Shown here one piece after another: positions 25,480 to 36,744 of a stretch of DNA of 64,000 nucleotides. This stretch comes from Psammoneis japonica (lineage: Eukaryota). The position numbers and the translations under genes are program-made. The stretch is taken from NCBI GenBank assembly GCA_008632985.1, contig QPGO01000074.1, positions 62,001-126,000 on the forward strand, in the 5' to 3' direction. Every line of letters begins with the position of its first letter. Within the stretch, counting starts at the first letter, position 1. The notes beneath the pieces were generated by a model. That model ran no database searches and was not told where the DNA came from. It saw only the letters and a list, made by a program, of their open reading frames with translations.

Positions 25480-25899
25480 ACTCTTGCTTTTTCTTTGTTA
25501 TGTATCGAACACCCCCCTTTCAATGAGATGAGAACATATGAATGGGTTCCGTCTGAAATTCTGGTTCTAGTCTAGCAGTTTGCAGTTTGTGGCGCCGATG
25601 CTTCGCAGCCGCACAAAGCCTGTGTAGGAGCCGGTACACTTTGTACGCAGACGGACACAAAGCTCCAAAGCGCGAAACGTGCAGAGGGCTTTTTTGAATC
25701 ATCTTTTCTTACTCGCGCAATTCTCATTGCTTGTTGACTTGTCCTTGGAGTCTCGGCTGTGATTCTTCTTCCTCGACATTCGAATTGATCTCTACCCGCC
25801 GACGATTGTTCGAAGGTAGCTTAGCCAGCGGCACAAGGCTGACCGAGAAATGGTCTTGAAGGCCAAGTTTTGGCACACCTTTTGTGTCATGGGACTGCG

Positions 25900-27500
25900 G
25901 CAACAAGGCAAGATTCCCAGAGGTGCTGCATCCGCGTCACAGACGAGAACAAAGAAGGAATGTTCACATCTCATCAATGGCAGACAGCTCAATCCATTGA
26001 TCCAGGTTGCAAAGACTTGGAGCTGATTGGTCTGACAAAATGGGAATTGCCTGACCTGTCTCACGGCTCCTTCCTGACCTCCATGTGACCACTGGCGCAT
26101 TTGCACACTTGCGTCCCCAATCACACACACAGAAGACACTGAATTCTACACTCAACTTGTTTGCCTGAGATCATGTGTTGCCACATGCTGCCTCTTTGTT
26201 GAAAATCCCATGGAGTCTTCTGCAAATCGATGCTGGTGGTTGGCTGGTGTTTGAAGTTCTGGGTGTGCACTGTGCACAGAGGCAGCCACAAACTCATCCA
26301 CAAACACGCACATTTCACCCTTTCTTGTGGAGAACCAGACCTTGTCGATGACTTGTCCCCAGATAGAGCCCTCAAAGACACTGGGCCTTTCAAGCAGATC
26401 CACCATCTCTCCTGTGCCAGTTTTCCTGGCAGAGCTGGTGGTGCGCCACCATGTGTGTGCGGTGGCTGTTTGATGCCCTGCACAAGATCCAGTGTGATGC
26501 TGGCATTTCCTTGAAGCATGCTGACAATGGCAGGTGGTGGTCAGCAGTGGCACACCATTTGCACAGAACTGATCCTGCTCTGCTGCTGTGGTTGGCACAA
26601 GGCTTCCTGCAAGGGAAAGGCTGCATTGTTCGGAGTGGGCTTGGTGTTTGTGGAGCCTTTCTCCCTCATGAAAAACCCACCCATGTGATGGGAGTCCACC
26701 TGCTGCAGTGAGGTCATTCACTTGGTGCATGTGCAGGGCCAACTTGCCACAAAAGACCATTCCACAGGGCTCCTTGAGATGACAGAGGTGGCTCTGGTGG
26801 CAGCATCTCTGGCCCTTGGGTGCAGGCTTCCAGTGTGAAGTGGTGCGTGCAAAGCCAGTGGATCGTTCAGACATTGCAGTGTTCTTGGCCCAGCAGGTCA
26901 TGTGGCACAAGGCAGACAAGGCATTGTGGCCACAATGCTGGCAGTGGGAGTCATGCCATCATTGTCTCTGCAGGAGTGCCTCTCTGAGCAGCAGCAGCTG
27001 CAGTGTTGGCACATGTGGCTTTGGCGCACATGCAGCACACATTGACCCAAACAATGTTGGCAAATGCCAGCAAATGACCAGCATTGTTGGCTGCTGCTCT
27101 TGCAGCCAAGGCTGGGATTTCCCAACAGAAGACTCTCCACCCATGTTCCTTCAAGCCAACATCCTTGGCTGGGGGCAGCAACATTGTGGCATGGTCACCC
27201 AGACAATGTGTGGGATTGGGGTCAGCAGCTGTGTGCATGGATGGCCAGCACTCCACTCTCAATTCAAGGCTGTGGATGAGGGAGATGCATCTGTCCTTCC
27301 CCACTGAAGCTCCAAGATCTGGCTTTCTCTTAGACAGCAGAGCACAGAGAGCTGTCCTGGGAGTTGCCATGTGTCATCTGCAAGATTGGCAGTTGGAATC
27401 TGTCATGAAACTGATTGTGACAGAGGGCATCATGTGAAATGTTCATGATTGTTGTGCAGAAGCTGCTTGGGATTTGGACACTTGACAATGTGGCATTGTG
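25900..27500 (-). mobile_element. Highly degenerate retroelement fragment (possibly non-LTR 3' region)
   Basis: TpA/CpG-depleted with fragmentary Cys/His knuckle-like text (TADHHL..CQHASR). No clean ORF. Confidence 0.25.
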
Positions 27501-27999
27501 GTTTTTTGGAATTGTCTGAGATTGCCCAATTGTGAGAATGCATGCATTCATGCATGAATGTGCCATCAAGTTAAAGAGTTACAGAGACCTGTCGATGGTC
27601 ACAAAGACAGGCAGGAAACTGCCATCAATGTCTCAACCAATCACAGATCCAGTGACCAATGAATTCCAAGGTCTGAGGTTCAAAATGAGAATGGAGTCTT
27701 GCTTCTGTTTTTCTTTTGTGCAATCAAGAACTTCTGGTTCTTGATGAGTCTTCACACCATGTGCATCTGTGTCGCTTCCAGCACCAGTGCAAGTCACTTC
27801 TTGTTTTCTCTCAATTGTTGCTCGTTGTCAAGCAGCCCAATTCTTGTTCTCACAGTTTAGAAATTGGCAAAACTGCTCCTGCTTGATCATCTGCTTTGCC
27901 ATTTTGCTCTCTGCAACACAAAAACTGCCACAAACCCACACACTTCCTCTGCACTGTAGAGACCTGACTTGCTTCAAAATTGTTGCAGAAACCAGAGCC

Positions 28000-30020
28000 C
28001 AACACTTTGCTCATCAAAACAACATCAACATGGACACCACCCAGATCACTGCTGTCATTGCTGCCACTCTGTGCCTGCTGCCATCCAACCCATCCTGGAT
28101 GCGCAGAGCAACCCCAGCAGGTGATTTCATGAGATCTCCTGCCTTGGCTTGCAACAACTTGCTTTGCTGCAGTCATTGAGGTGATGCTGCTGTCTTTTCC
28201 TGTGCCTTGAGCCTCTGCCAACCACTTTCTCAGTGCCAAAAAGACCAACATCTGTGTGCTCCTTGATGAGCTGTGTGCTGGGTCCACATCCTTTGGTTGG
28301 GGCAACATCTTTGCCATTGACATCAATGCAGGGGACACTGCAGCCACAGCAGAGAATTGCATCATTCTGGCTGCCTGCAGAAACATCACCCTCAAGCAGA
28401 TTTGCATGTCATCTGCTGCCTGCATCAATGGGCAGAACTGTGGGATGCAAAACAACTGTCAGCTGCATCTGTGACTCTGCAGCTCATTGGACAAGCACAC
28501 CAAGCAAGTTGTGGCAAATGCTTTCAAGCAGCATCACATTGGTGACATTGATTGTGGTGCATTGCACCTCAAGATGCTGCCAGCCAAGACTGAGATTGAC
28601 ACTTGCACTGCTGCTTCCCACATTTGTTCAGAGCTTTCTGCCCTGGACATCTGCTTGGTGGAGACCACCAAGCATGATGTCAAAGCCTTCAACAAGCATG
28701 TGAGGGACAAGGTCAAATCCCTGTCAAGCTGTGGCAGGACCTCCAACAATTTGATCAGAATTCATGTGTGGGACATTTTGCCTGTGCCAGCAAGAATTTT
28801 GCCAAGCACATTGAACAGATCAATGACAACAAGAAGATGTCACCTCCAAGCAACTCACATGATTTGTGCTGAAAAGAAGCACCAGGCCCTTGTTCTCAAG
28901 AAAAAGAGGAGCATCCCACAACCAAGGAACAGGAGCAGATTGTTGCCCTCAAAGCAAAAGTCAACAAGCTCAAGATCCCGTGCAGCTGAAAGTCTTTGCA
29001 GGGGTCATCAGGTCAGAAACCTTCTGGAGCCAGGAAGTCAAAGAGAAGAAGAAGTCAAACACCACACCAAGCTCAAGGTCAAGAAGCCCAAGTTTGAAGG
29101 AAAATTGGCTTGGCACACTGTTGAGCCAAAGCTTGGAGAACCCTGGGTGTCAAGACCTCAGAGGGAGAAGAATGGAAGTGCTCTTGTGACTTCCACAAGT
29201 GTTGGGCCCAGCATGGACTCATCACCCAGTCAAGGATTGCCATGCCAAACAGAGGGCCAGCCAGAAATGCTCCAGCAACATTGTCGCACAAGCAGATTGC
29301 CTGACTGGAGCCATTGTTGGTCAGTGGCAAAATGTCTCCTCCACAGGAAATCAACAATGGCAATGATGTTTTTGTCTCATCATTTTTCACTGTTGTGCAA
29401 ACCTCCACAGGCATGACTGCAGGGCCATGCCACCACACCACCATGCAGTTGCTGGGCCAGATGGGCCAGATGGGCCAATGGATCTAGAGTCAAATCCCCA
29501 CAGGTCTGGGTCAATCTCGCCAATGGGAGAGCTGGCTGCAGCTGCTGTCCCAGGGCAAGCAAACTCTTGCCAATCTTCAAAAGCTGTTGAGCATGGCCTG
29601 GAGTCATGGGGTTCTCTCTCTGGCCTGCTCCAGGGCCGCTGGGTTGTTGATGCCCACCAGATGCATGGCTGCTTGCCCAGGTGTCAGCAGGATTGCCTGC
29701 TCCAGCGCCCAGCCAAAGTGTTGAGCCAGAACCAGATGGGTGTGACCCAGGAATGAATTCAGAGCAGTTGCAACCACAGAGCCATCCTCATTTGGTCCAG
29801 ACACTGCATTGATGCCCCCCACCAGACAATGCATCAGACCCACATGCATTTGATGCACCTGCTCCAGGCCAAGGATTGGTTCCACCAGTGGTGCCTCCTT
29901 GACAGTCAGCAGTGGCACCAAGCTGCTGTCTTCCTGTGCCACCCAAGAGATCAACAACATCACAGTTGCAAAATTCAACAGCTGAATCTCAAAGGTGCTG
30001 GGGGTCACCTCTGCCCCCCC
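28000..30020 (+). mobile_element. Degenerate Ty1/copia (CoDi-type) gag/protease fragment
   Basis: QNNCQLHL..SLD, GALHLK..KTEIDT..HICSELSALD..DVKAFNKHV, AWHTVEPKLGEP and TSGASLTVS (protease-like) resemble diatom copia gag-PR. Confidence 0.55.
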
Positions 30021-30029
30021 CCCCCCCTC

Positions 30030-31750
30030 CCCATTGCAAAATCTCCCATGGCACCTCAATTGTGCGTGCACTGCCTGATTCCCGGTCAACAAATCCATTC
30101 AGCTGAACACTCCTCATCCTGCAGTGCCGCTTTCACTGTCTCTCATCTCCGCGCACATGCCTTGACATCTTTCTTGCTGTTTTCTCTTGCCCTCCCTGAG
30201 GCAATCTCAAATCGGGTCTCTTCAAATGCAATCCTCTGGGCCTGGAAGGACAACAATCCCATCACAAAGTTGTTGCTGGGAATTCCACAGCTCCAGCTGT
30301 CAAACTTCACCTCAAACACCATCTGTCACTGCACTGCTTGGGTCTGGGTGAGCCAGGTTGTTCAAGCAAGCAACAACATTGAGTGCCGGTTGCACAAAAT
30401 CAGGGGCTGCAGGGAGACTGATGGTCCCCACTCCCAACATCAAATGCAACAGCATTCACATGGACTCTTTCAGCCATTCCAGATGACATTTGGACAATCC
30501 CAGGATGTGAGTGAGTGGGGCAGCACTTGCCAGTCTATCATGAAATGGCTTCAGATCACTTGTCACCACAATGACCACACACTGCACAGTCACACCGCTG
30601 AATTGCTTGGGTCATGTTCACTTGGCAATCCATTGGCAATCTCCCCTTCTGGGGAGGCAGCATCCTCAATCCCCAGGACCAAGCATTTGTCATTTCCTTG
30701 CCATCTCCAATTGCTTTGAAAGTCTTGCAGTGTTTTCATGGGAAAGCTTCCCCATTGAGACAAACAAACATTTCTGTTGGGAGACTGTTTTGACCACTTT
30801 AGATTCATGTGATGACATGGATGAAGTTGAAAACAAAGGTTGGTTGCAGCATCATGGTGACATTCCCCTCCTCAGCAATCTCCTGGGTGTGGGTGGTGCT
30901 CACCTCTGACTCATGCTGTGTCAGAGCTTCATCTTCTGCCATGTCGGGTTTAAAAGGCATGCAAAGCAGTGTTCATTGCAGGTGGCAGTGAAGTTTTTTT
31001 CAAGATCGCATCACAGACCCCATGACTGTTGCCAAAAATGGATCACTTTGTGCAGGATTCTCCTGGGGGAGTGGTCACAGACATTTCCATGTTCTGTCAT
31101 TGGCACTGTCCAGTTGTGCTTCTTGCAATGATTGCATTGATGCACCCTGATGAACGAATGGGGGGTCACAGAGTGACTCTCCTTTTTTTGTCTTTTGTTC
31201 CGATTGAGAGAGTGATTGCAACAACTGTTTGTTGATCAGCTTCTTTTCCAGTGGGCAACTCAGTCTGCACAGTGGGATGAGATTTGCCCCATTGTCCATC
31301 CATTTTGCTGGCTTGCAATTGTGCTTGCATGGCTTCCCAAGGCATGTTCTTCTGGATGTGTTGGGAGGAGTTGTCGGGCAGGTGGGGCCTGGCCAAACAT
31401 CAAGGCAAACAAGCTGGGCATCCTCTGAAAAAACAGGATCATGGTTGTCTCGTTCATGCTGGCATTGACGCACCGGTGCACAATCATCAATGGCTGCTGT
31501 CCATGGGCAATCAGTTGCCAACGTTTGATGCGGGAAAACTGGCATTGTGCTGAAATCATTTGTGTGAGAATTGCATAAAATGGCAGCCTAACCAACTGGG
31601 GTTGTCGAGTCCCAATCATCATCAATGTCTTGTTTGTCACAGTTGTCCTGGGGAGAATGGCCACCAGGCTCATGCGGCAAAGATGTCTTGCGCAACGCGA
31701 CTTGGTCTGCATTGAAGTTGCATCTTTTCCTCCTGTGCACAACAATGCAG
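30030..31750 (-). mobile_element. Degenerate non-LTR retrotransposon fragment (endonuclease-like region)
   Basis: Weak resemblance (NASMNETT ~ DANE motif). TpA/CpG-depleted and frameshifted. Confidence 0.25.
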
Positions 31751-31802
31751 AAGGAGGCGGTGTGATCTAAGCTGAGGGAGTCTCAGCTGTGAAGAATCGT
31801 CA

Positions 31803-33086
31803 TCAAATTGCCCTGTGCTGCGTCATGATGTGCCCATGGATGATCCATGATTTCTTGCAGACTTCCTTGTGTTTTCCCAAAGTCCAGTCCCACTGCTGAC
31901 ACTGTTTGCTGCAAAACCAAACTTTCTTGCAGTTGCTGCAGTGCATCATTTTGGCCGGGGCAACAACATTCTCTTTCTTGGTGCAACAAAAGTTGCAAAT
32001 TTTGCTGCTTGGGTCTTCTTCATCCTTGCTCGTCCTTTCACCCAAACAAATCTTTGTCTGCTGCTGAATGCTTGAAGCCTGTTCTGGTGAGACAAAAGAA
32101 CACATGTGCATGTTGTCCATCATGTCGGCGCAGCGTTTGCACGCTGGAGAGCAACAGTGGAAGTGCCAGCAATGGTTGCAGTGAATCTGGTGTGGTTTCT
32201 CGGGAGTCTCAATGTTGGAACAAGGAGTGACTGTGCATTTGGGAAAGCATTTGCAGCACTGAGATGCCGTTCTCAAATTCATGAGCCTGCAGCGCATGGA
32301 GTTGCAAGACTTGCGCCAAACCAAACTTTTCTCTTGCAGAGTGAAATCAGCCTTGGTGCGCAGCACACCAGAAGTAGATCTTGACTCAAGTTCACCCAGA
32401 ATCTCGTGCCACTCTCCATGCATTTGCCAATGTGCATCAAGAACGTCCAACATGCCGAGCCGTCTCATGGTGGGAATGAGAAGATTGACAGGAATGTCTC
32501 TCTTGGTTGGCGCAGAACCCTGGAAGGTGCTGGGATCGAAATCCACACCCGTCTCGGGAAGGACAACATCCCAAGTGTCCACACATGCACCAGCCAAAAA
32601 CTCGCGAACGCGAAAATGAAGAACAGTCTTGATCATTTCACTCGCATCATGGTGACATTTGATCCTCAAAGAGAGGGTGCAGAGCAGGCTTTTGTGGATG
32701 GCCTCACAAATGCGATCCTTGAGAGGCGCGCCCCACTTTGCACTTCCCAACATGTGCTTGAAAAAGGTCGACATGTAGTGTGCCTTGGTCTGCATGAGAT
32801 CAGTGTGCTCTCGCAGCTGTTGCTGCATTTCTGGTGTGATTGCACTGTGACGACCCCATGTGTCAAAGATGCAATCGACAGCACAGGCAATCGTCTGCTC
32901 GTGAAAGCCCTGAATCTGGTCAATGGCAGCTGCAGATGGTTCGCCACACTTGACAAACCGCTTGAGGCGATTCAATGACTTCCCACCTTCATCGAACTCT
33001 GTCAGCGCAGGCAGGCTCTGCCCTTCAAAGTCGTCGACGACATCTTCGACTTTTGCGAGCCAACTTAGATCAGAGACGTGCGTCAT
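31803..33086 (-). pseudogene. MYND zinc-finger protein gene, hyper-edited (ORF still open)
   Basis: C-terminal MYND CNFC...CSNCKKVWFCSKQCQQWDW..KHKEVC and a second MYND-like motif. Only one Tyr in 427 aa, with Cys/His excess. Confidence 0.7.
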
Positions 33087-36000
33087 GGTGACTTGCAGAG
33101 TGCCTCAGCTTCAGTGGCAGGAGTGGACTGCATCCACATTGCTCTGTTGGTGCGGTCCATCACCCAATTGGGTGCTCCGCATTTTAGATTTTTGGTGCTG
33201 CCACGCTATGCACTGGACCAACCGACGCACGCAACCGACCAACCACTCCCAACTGGGAGGTCTGCAAGTGGTGCGGAAGACACTGGACAGCAGGCAACCC
33301 CTGTGGGCAACCGGTGTTTGGAAAAATCATGTGAACGCTGGACAGACTCTGCGTGTTTTTCATCCATGCCATCCGTTGAAATGTTGTTCTTGGCAGACGA
33401 TCGGCAACAATGGGGTCAGTTCTTGCGGTGCCCCGTCATGGGTCAACAATGCTGAAAAACCCATTTTTGTTGATTGAGGTGCCTTTTGCAATCGCCCACA
33501 CATTGAACATGGTGCCAATCATCCCGTGGTTTGGCTTTGTGATCGATTGATCTGGCCACCACAATCTGTCCGTTGATCATGCTTTGTGTGCTGGATCTGG
33601 AGAATCTCCGCAAGCCAGCCAATTGTGCATGATGCTTGCATTGTCTTCCTTGACTTCAATGCACACATTGGAGCATGAGCATTGCAGTTGGGTTTTGCTG
33701 TTGGCATGGTCTGGGATTGTGATCCCGCCACCTCAGATGCCTCTCTGATGATTGCACTGGATCCGGGTGCAGTCCGCAAGCCAGTTGACATGGATTGCAG
33801 TTCAATCCAGCCTCGTTGATTTTGATCTGTTGTGTCAAAACATGAGTGTGACATCTGCCACAGCCCATTGCCTTTGCTGTTTGCTTCACACCCATCTCTG
33901 ATCGTGTTGAACCCGGATCTTCCGCGCAACATTCTTGCCACATCCTCGGCCCTTTTCTTGTTGCTTCTGATCTGTTGTGCCAGAGCAATGATGTGCTGTC
34001 CACACAGCCTGCTGGTGTTCCCTCTTCACTTTACTCTCATCACATTTGCTTGATGAAACAGGCATCTTTGCTGCATCTCTCCACTCATTCGCCATCACGG
34101 ACGTCACATTTTACATTTTTTGTGCTTCATGCATGTGTGTGTCACAACATTCTTTGTTGACCATTGCAATGGTTTCACATGAATCACTTTTGTCACATGT
34201 TCTGATTTGAACAAAATGCATCTTTCAATGCTTGGGCGAGATGCAACTCCCCTTTTGCATTTTTGATGAAATCGATTGCATCATTTTTGATGTTGCTTTG
34301 TGCACATTTTCATGAACAATCCCCCCACCCATGAGTTTCCACAAATGTTTGATCTCAGACGGAACTGGCACTTCATCTGCGTGGTCCACAGATTCCATGG
34401 GAAAAATCATGACCACAACTTTGAAATTTTAAAACTCTCAGGACCGGACCGGATTTTCCCTCCATTTGCTTTCCTTTTGTCAAAATTTTGACCTGCTCTG
34501 TCTGATGCTCAGTCTTGTTGACCCACCCTTGCACAACTCTGGTCATGCAGAGCAAATCCCGCTGACTTGTCATGAGTTTCCAGCACAATTTCTGAGCAGA
34601 TCTGCAACAAAATTCTCATCTGAAAAACTCACTTCTCTCTCACAAAACCCCGGTTTTGCCTTTTTGCACTCAGCTTTTTTGTCTCATTGCAACCCTTCCG
34701 TCCAGCCATGGCCGCCAATGTTCTTGCCACAATCAAACATGGTGCACAACTTCTCCTGCCAAGTGCTTTTTGCAGTCAGGCACTGAGGCTGAGTTCTTGC
34801 TTAACCAAACAAAGCTTGCCCTCCATCATGACACCAGCTCTGCCATTGCTGACTTTGTCTGTGGTCAGTTTGAACAGCTCCTCATGTTCTGTGAAGGACG
34901 CATTGTCCCAGTCACAAAACCCACTTCCTTCCTCAATGGTGGCAATGAAGCCAAGCATTTGTGCAGCTTCCTCAATGCCATCGGCAAAGTTGTTCCCATG
35001 TTGGCAACTTGCCAATGTTTCAAGGCACATTTTGTCTCCTTGGCACCTCAAGGCGACGTGGTGACATGCAACTTGCCTCGTGCTGAGACTGCTTTGGATG
35101 ACATTGAAGGGCCTCTACAGCCCAATGGCGCCAGCAATCCTCCATCCCTTTGGCACCTCAACTTTGGCAATCCTGCCATTGCTGAAGAACAGCCAGTCAT
35201 CACTGCTCCCCCCCCTCCTTTCCTCTCCCTCCAGGTTGCTCCTTTCCTCTGGAATTCATTCCTGGAAATGATTGTCCCAATCTGGCTGCTGAGTTTCTGG
35301 CATTGCACATGTGGCAGAAAAGGCCATTGGCTGCATCCAACAGCATGATGTGGGGCATTCTCTTGACCAAGGAGGACCTCTTTTTGATCAAGCCACCAAT
35401 GGTCTCCAAGTTGTTGATGACAATTTCACAACTCTCAAAGTCTGCAACTTCTGTGATGACAATTTTCATGTGGTTGTGCCCTTTTTGGATGGTTGCGCAA
35501 GCATCCAAACTGCCATCAGGACATTCTCCAACTTGACCTGGCAGACTCTTGGGGCCATGGTTCAAGGCCCAACTGCAAACAATGTGCAAACGGAGTTCAG
35601 ACAGGTGCAGCTGCAGTCACTCAAAGCCCTGTCACTGTCAACGTTGACACCCCTGAGACCAAGAAGGATCAGGATCTCAGGAAGAGGGCTGCTGACATTC
35701 AGTCTTGGTGCTCTTTGTCCTTTTGCCACAAGGTGGTGGGTTCTGATGCCATTGCTCTCAGCACACTCAAGCCAGTTTTTGTCAATGCTTTCCAGGAGTT
35801 GAGCAAGACCAAAAGGGCTTGCTCTCTCTGTGAGGTTGTTGTTGCAGCTCTCAACAGCCAGAAATCAATGGATGTCTTTGATCAAGTTGTTGCCTTTTGC
35901 CAGCTTGTGCAAATGATGCTTTCCCTGATGGCATTTGTTGCTTTTGTCTTGCTGACCAACCTCCAAAAGCTTTGGTCACAATGTGTCTTGCTGACACCAA

Positions 36001-36307
36001 CATCATGAACTTCTCCACTCCCCACATGGACAACGCAGAATGTTCTCAGAAGGCGAAGGAAGGCCAGGAGATTTCCAAGCATTCTCTTGCTGCAGATTCA
36101 AAGAACACAATGACCAAGTTGATCAAGAAATCCACCCTTTGCAACAAAGGTCATGCCTGTGACTCCTTGGACGTTGTGTCTGCTCTTGCCAACTTCAGGC
36201 TTGTCTTCAATGCTCTCATTGAGAACTTTGATGAGACAGCTCTCTGGCAACAGCTTCTCTGCCACCACCGCGTGACTTTTGGCAAGAGTCGAAAGCAACG
36301 GGTTGTG

Positions 36308-36744
36308 TGCAACACACAGCTGCCAATGAGAGTCAGTGCATCACGGCGACGTGTTGCAGCCTTTAAATGTCACAAAGGGCGTGACAAAAACAACCTTTTG
36401 TCTGCATGCATGCTGCATTGTGAATTCATGGCGGAGTGGTTCATCGCAACCATCAGGCAGGAGGCCAGGGGTTCGAAACCCTGAGTGGGAGTTGTCTGCA
36501 GCAACGTTGATCACTGTCGAACGCGCAAAACTCTGTGCAGTTCTGTGTGTTCCTTCGCACTGTTCCGCCAAAACCGTGCAGTGTCAGCACACGTTGGTAA
36601 AGAGCCGCATGGGCGCGTGATGCATGGGGAGGAGTGCAACACACAGCTGCCAATGAGAGTCAATGCATCACGGCGACGTGTTGCAGCCTTTAAATGTCAC
36701 AAAGGGCGTGACAAAAACAACCTTTTGTCTGCATGCATGCTGCA
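36308..36744 (+). mobile_element. 437-bp miniature LTR element (TRIM-like): 110-bp LTRs 36308-36417 and 36635-36744, 4-bp TSD TGTG
   Basis: TG...CA LTRs differ at one base. Polypurine tract ggggaggag precedes the 3' LTR. Absent from the paralogous gag copy at ~38755. Confidence 0.85.
36426..36490 (+). promoter_or_regulatory. tRNA-derived Pol III promoter-like segment (A box TGGCGGAGTGG, B box GGTTCGAAACC)
   Basis: D-arm-like gcgg-agtggttca-tcgc and T-arm-like caggg-gttcgaaa-ccctg; no proper anticodon arm. Confidence 0.55.

Noticed and set aside
36426..36490. Functional tRNA gene
   Set aside because: No anticodon arm or good acceptor stem, and it is embedded in a mobile element.
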